A DNA stretch of 64,000 nucleotides from Candidatus Omnitrophota bacterium (GTDB taxonomy: Bacteria; Omnitrophota; Gorgyraeia; Zapsychrales; JBDRMG01): the NCBI GenBank assembly GCA_043812495.1, contig JBDRMG010000018.1, positions 7,651-71,650 on the forward strand, in the 5' to 3' direction. Position numbers and translations under genes: made by a program. Each line of letters opens with the position of its first letter. Position 1 is the first letter of the stretch. Below the pieces are notes generated by a model. That model was not told the DNA's origin, searched no databases, and saw only the letters and a program-made list of their open reading frames with translations. This document shows, piece after piece, positions 57,842-64,000 of the stretch.

Positions 57842-58800
57842 GTCAATGTCCTGTGAAGTTGTTTCAGAATGATTTGTTTGGCTGTCTTAAGATCTTCATT
57901 GATCCGGCAACCGCTCGCTCTTTTATGTCCCCCTCCTTCGAAATCATGAGCCAGCCGGGCGACATCAACTTTTTCTTGCGAACGGAAATTGACCCGTGTT
58001 TGTTTTTTACTGACTTCCGTGAAAATGACAACGACTTCAACGCCTTTGATGGCTCGCAAGAAAGTAAAAATTCTATCACGCAAATCAAAACTTTGAGTAA
58101 AGCGCCGGCTCTTCGCTCTTGTCAGATCGAATGTGATGACCCGGTCTTTAACATGAATTTCGAAATCTTTGATCATCGACGCAAATTCTTTCATATCGCG
58201 CAAAGGGATATCTTCGTACGATTTTCGATACATTTGATAGATGGGAATATCGAATTTCAACAACTGGCTAATAATCTCATGCGTACGCGAGCTTGTGCTG
58301 TCGTAGCGAAATGAGCCCGTATCGGTCATGATGCCTAAGTAAAGAAGCCGGGCAATCGTCTTATTCAATGGGAATCGGGCATGTTGCAATAAATCAAAAA
58401 TGATTTCTGCCGTAGACGATGCCTTGGGGTAAACGCAATTGGGATGCCCAAAATAATTATTGGTGATATGATGATCGATATTGATTATTTTCTTGTCTTT
58501 GGCAAGAAGCTCCCTCACTTGGGCAATGCGGCTCAACGACCCGCAGTCAAGAATAATCGCCACATCATAGCTGATGTTTTGCTTCTTGAATCGCTCAATG
58601 CTCTTAACGCCGGGGAAAAAAGAAAACATTTTCGGCATGTCTTGCGCATTAACGATATGAACTTTTTTTTTCATGGCCCTGAGCCATTGGGCTAAGGCTA
58701 ATTCACCGGCGAGGGCATCGGCATCCACGTTGACATGCGTACTGATAAGAAAAACTTTGTTCTTCTTAATTTCTTCGATCACGTGTCGATAGCTCATCAA
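57838..58800 (-). CDS. nrnA: DHH/DHHA1 family phosphoesterase (NrnA-type oligoribonuclease / pAp phosphatase)
   Basis: ...FLISTHVNVDADALAGELAL..., ...IDHHITN... (DHH), ...GGGHKRASGC... (DHHA1 GGGH). Confidence 0.8.
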   Translation of the reverse strand: MMSYRHVIEEIKKNKVFLISTHVNVDADALAGELALAQWLRAMKKKVHIVNAQDMPKMFSFFPGVKSIERFKKQNISYDVAIILDCGSLSRIAQVRELLAKDKKIINIDHHITNNYFGHPNCVYPKASSTAEIIFDLLQHARFPLNKTIARLLYLGIMTDTGSFRYDSTSSRTHEIISQLLKFDIPIYQMYRKSYEDIPLRDMKEFASMIKDFEIHVKDRVITFDLTRAKSRRFTQSFDLRDRIFTFLRAIKGVEVVVIFTEVSKKQTRVNFRSQEKVDVARLAHDFEGGGHKRASGCRINEDLKTAKQIILKQLHRTLT

Positions 58801-58815
58801 GCGACCTTTCTTCTT

Positions 58816-59178
58816 TTACTCGTTCTCGGGATTCTGCCGAGTGTTTTCCTTAATTTCTCCCAAAGCCTCTTCGATACGCGCCCCATATTCGATCGATTGA
58901 TCAAAAACAAATTCCAGTTCGGGCGTTAAACGCAATCGTACGCGCTGACCCACAAGCCGACGAATAAATCCCTTGGCGCTATCTAATCCACTTTGGGCTG
59001 ATTTTGCTTTTTCCGCATTGCCGAGCGCGCTATAGAAAATCCTGGCGTGCTGCAGATCGCGGCTGACCTGAACTTCGGTGATCGTGACAAACCCAAGCCT
59101 TGGGTCTTTAACGTCCCTTAGAATAATATCAGAAATTTCCTTCTTCATTTGTTGATTGATTCTGTTCATTCGGTCCAT
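58816..59178 (-). CDS. rbfA: Ribosome-binding factor A
   Basis: ...DPRLGFVTITEVQVSRDLQHARIFYS... KH-like RbfA signature. Confidence 0.85.
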   Translation of the reverse strand: MDRMNRINQQMKKEISDIILRDVKDPRLGFVTITEVQVSRDLQHARIFYSALGNAEKAKSAQSGLDSAKGFIRRLVGQRVRLRLTPELEFVFDQSIEYGARIEEALGEIKENTRQNPENE

Positions 59179-59181
59179 GGC

Positions 59182-60456
59182 TTAGTCCTTGTCGCGTTGT
59201 ATCCATTTTTGCGCATATCGCATTTCTTGTTTTTTGGATCGAACTTTTCCGTCAAGCTTGGCGTCAAAACATTTCTTGAGAATATCTCCGATCATCCTGC
59301 CCTCCTTGATTCCAAGCCTTTTTAAGTCTTCGCCGTTTACGCTTAATGCGACTGATTGATCTTGTTTAAGAAAACCAAAAATGCGTTTTTGTATTCTCGG
59401 ATTTTTTGTTTGCGTTGTTAAGAAAGCAACTGTCTCATAGCTAAGCGGTTTTAAAATTCGATACACATCGCTCGGCCGCATGCGCTTGACGGATAAGCGG
59501 CGACTCAAGGAAATAACGTTTCGGCTTTCAAGTATCCTTTTCTTGTCCTCACGCGTGAAATGAAACCGAGACATCGTTTTCTCGGTAGACTTACCGGATC
59601 TCTTGTGCCATAAGGCCATCAGATACAGTATTTGGAGATCGAATTGTTTTAACGCGAATCTTTTTTTTAATGCCTTCCTATTCTTTTCAATATTCTTCAG
59701 GCTCTTTTTAATGGAAGGGGTCATTCGATAGTTATCTCCCAAGAATTCCAACCCTTTAAACTGGTGGAGTCTTTCAAGGCAGCGGACCGGCTGGTCTTCT
59801 TTTAAGATTTTCTTAAATTCTTCAAAATACCGCGGCGGCTTGACGTCATCATCCGCGTGTTTGCTTAAAGCTTTTTTCATTAAGTCAAGCGTGTGTCTTT
59901 CGATTTTAAAATGCAATCGCTGTTCAAAACGGACCGCGCGTAAAATCCTGGTCGGATCATCCTTGAAGCTTTGATCATGAAGAACGCGGATACTTTTTTC
60001 ATCCAGGTCTTTTTGTCCGCGGAAATCATCAATGACCATTCCAAATTGATCCGGATGGATAGAAATCGCCATGGCGTTGATGGCAAAGTCCCGACGAAAA
60101 AGATCGTCATGAATGGATCCCAACGTCACGGCCGGTAAGGCCCCAGAGTAAGCGTAATGCTCTTTTCTTGCGCTCGATAAATCAAGCTGGCCTCCCTGGG
60201 CATCCATCAATGTTGCTGTTTTAAAAACAGGATAAATTGTTACTTTTGCTTTCTTTCTTTGGGCAAGGAGTTGGGCGAGCTTGACGGCATCGCCCTCAAC
60301 GACGACATCCACATCAAAATTGTTTTTATGGAGCAATAAATCTCTGACAAAACCGCCCACCACATAGGCGTTCATTTTATTTTTCTCTGCTTCCCAGCCG
60401 ATTTCTCTGAGACGTCTGAGAATATTGCGATCACATCGTGCCAATACAGATTTCAT
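59182..60456 (-). CDS. cca: CCA-adding tRNA nucleotidyltransferase / poly(A) polymerase family
   Basis: ...AYVVGGFVRDLLL...DVDVVV... polβ-type head (GGxVRD, DxD). About 424 aa without HD domain. Confidence 0.8.
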   Translation of the reverse strand: MKSVLARCDRNILRRLREIGWEAEKNKMNAYVVGGFVRDLLLHKNNFDVDVVVEGDAVKLAQLLAQRKKAKVTIYPVFKTATLMDAQGGQLDLSSARKEHYAYSGALPAVTLGSIHDDLFRRDFAINAMAISIHPDQFGMVIDDFRGQKDLDEKSIRVLHDQSFKDDPTRILRAVRFEQRLHFKIERHTLDLMKKALSKHADDDVKPPRYFEEFKKILKEDQPVRCLERLHQFKGLEFLGDNYRMTPSIKKSLKNIEKNRKALKKRFALKQFDLQILYLMALWHKRSGKSTEKTMSRFHFTREDKKRILESRNVISLSRRLSVKRMRPSDVYRILKPLSYETVAFLTTQTKNPRIQKRIFGFLKQDQSVALSVNGEDLKRLGIKEGRMIGDILKKCFDAKLDGKVRSKKQEMRYAQKWIQRDKD

Positions 60457-60462
60457 GATGCT

Positions 60463-61353
60463 TTATCCCCGCGGATGAAATTGTTTATGAACGGTCTTTA
60501 ACCTTTCCCGATCGACATGGGTATAAATTTGTGTCGTCGAGATGTCCGAATGCCCCAGCATTTCCTGAACGGAGCGCAAATCCGCCCCATGTTCCAACAG
60601 ATGCGTTGCAAACGAATGTCTAATCGTGTGCGGTTTAATCACCTTCTTAATTCTTGCCTTCTTGGCATAGCGTTTGATGATTTTCCAGACGCTTTGACGG
60701 CTGATCTTTTTCCCGAGCCGACTGATAAATAAGCTATTAGTAAAATTGGATTTGATTAATTTGGCTCTGACCTTGTCTGTGTATCGCCTCAAGGATATCT
60801 GCGCCCGCTTTCCAATGGGAATGATGCGCTCTTTACGTCCCTTTCCTATGCAGCGGACATAACCGACATCCATATTGACATTATCTGTCTTCAGACTAAC
60901 TAATTCCGAAACACGCATGCCGCTCGCATAGAGCAATTCCAAAATAGCATTGTCTCTGATCTCCTGCCAATGCCGGCCGTAAGAGGCCTTGATCATGGAT
61001 TCAATCTCAGGCAAAGAAAGAACCTCCGGTACTCGCTTCCAAAGCTTGGGTGTTTCTAAGAGATTTGTGGGGTCTTCTTTTGCCAATCGTTCGCGCACAC
61101 AAAAACGGTGAAACATCTTGATCGCCGAAAGAGCCCGACTAATAGACGTTGCCGTTAGACCTTTTTCCTTTTGTTGATGCATATAATTTGTGATATCCGC
61201 GCGTTTTATCAGATCAATGTCTTTGATGCCTTTCTGTGCTAATTGTTTCGTGTATTTTGTCAGATCCCGTCGATAGGCCAGGATCGTGTTTGGGGACAAT
61301 CCCCGCTCAACAGACAAAAAATTCATAAAGTCATCAATCAGTTCTTTCATCAA
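60463..61353 (-). CDS. xerD: Tyrosine recombinase XerD/XerC family
   Basis: ...LSPNTILAYRRDL..., catalytic ...HTIRHSFATHLLEHGADLRSVQEMLGHSDISTTQIYTHV... (R..H..R..Y). Confidence 0.85.
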   Translation of the reverse strand: MMKELIDDFMNFLSVERGLSPNTILAYRRDLTKYTKQLAQKGIKDIDLIKRADITNYMHQQKEKGLTATSISRALSAIKMFHRFCVRERLAKEDPTNLLETPKLWKRVPEVLSLPEIESMIKASYGRHWQEIRDNAILELLYASGMRVSELVSLKTDNVNMDVGYVRCIGKGRKERIIPIGKRAQISLRRYTDKVRAKLIKSNFTNSLFISRLGKKISRQSVWKIIKRYAKKARIKKVIKPHTIRHSFATHLLEHGADLRSVQEMLGHSDISTTQIYTHVDRERLKTVHKQFHPRG

Positions 61354-61368
61354 AAACCCTTCGGTCCT

Positions 61369-63898
<2,530 letters not shown>

Positions 63899-64000
63899 TT
63901 AATGAAGCCGTCCCAAATTTGATACTAGGCGAGTTTTGGATCCCTTATATTTTCAATTAGTTATGAAACTGGTTAAAGTTTCGAGAAAGCCGTTGAGGTA

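Overview
The window is almost entirely coding on the minus strand and looks like a single bacterial chromosome segment of roughly mid-range GC content. The gene content (reduced T2SS/MSHA-like machinery, a giant repeat protein, many palindromic intergenic repeats, a dcw cluster ending at ftsA without ftsZ) hints at a PVC/Omnitrophota-like or other candidate-phylum lineage, but that is only a guess.

Three blocks are conventional:
- 31.5-36.5 kb: glycine cleavage operon gcvT-gcvH-gcvPA-gcvPB plus a lipoate-protein ligase, followed by tRNA-Arg(TCG) and a free-standing GIY-YIG protein.
- 40-56 kb: a dcw cell-wall/division cluster, mraZ-rsmH-ftsL-ftsI-murE-murF-mraY-murD-ftsW-murG-[HExxH peptidase-like]-murC-ddl-ftsQ-ftsA.
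- 56-64 kb: ribF-truB-nrnA-rbfA-cca-xerD-ligA.

The unusual part is 0.1-25.3 kb, one long co-directional minus-strand array. It is a type II secretion / MSHA-like type-IV-filament locus: an MshM/ExeA-like ATPase, a GspC/PilP-like protein, a secretin, an MshN-like TPR protein, then a GspE/MshE ATPase, GspF, GspG and pseudopilins G/I/J/K. About 13.7 kb of non-pilus genes lie between the TPR gene and the GspE ATPase:
- three tandem paralogous secreted proteins of about 190 aa;
- a 1324-aa secreted protein with a LamG domain and about 42 copies of a 13-residue INW(A/T)D(I/L)DV(L/M)SD repeat;
- a 455-aa internally duplicated membrane-anchored protein;
- a non-canonical F-type ATPase module in the order alpha-epsilon-c-c'(frameshifted)-b/delta fusion-gamma-beta, with no a-subunit gene. 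Alpha lacks its N-terminal delta-binding segment, delta lacks its N-domain, and beta has an N-terminal extension.

The GspE ATPase carries an MshEN-like N-terminus and a C-terminal PilZ-like domain.

Other points of note:
- A second membrane-anchored delta(OSCP)-C-terminal-domain mini-protein is translationally coupled to an S41 peptidase at 28.4 kb.
- HExxH peptidase-MA-like paralogues sit inside both the T2SS operon and the dcw cluster, the latter where murB usually sits.
- Two families of palindromic REP/MITE-like intergenic repeats are scattered across at least nine sites.
- One membrane-protein CDS contains a G9 homopolymer.
- A NUMOD3-only mini-ORF and a secreted EF-hand protein are present.
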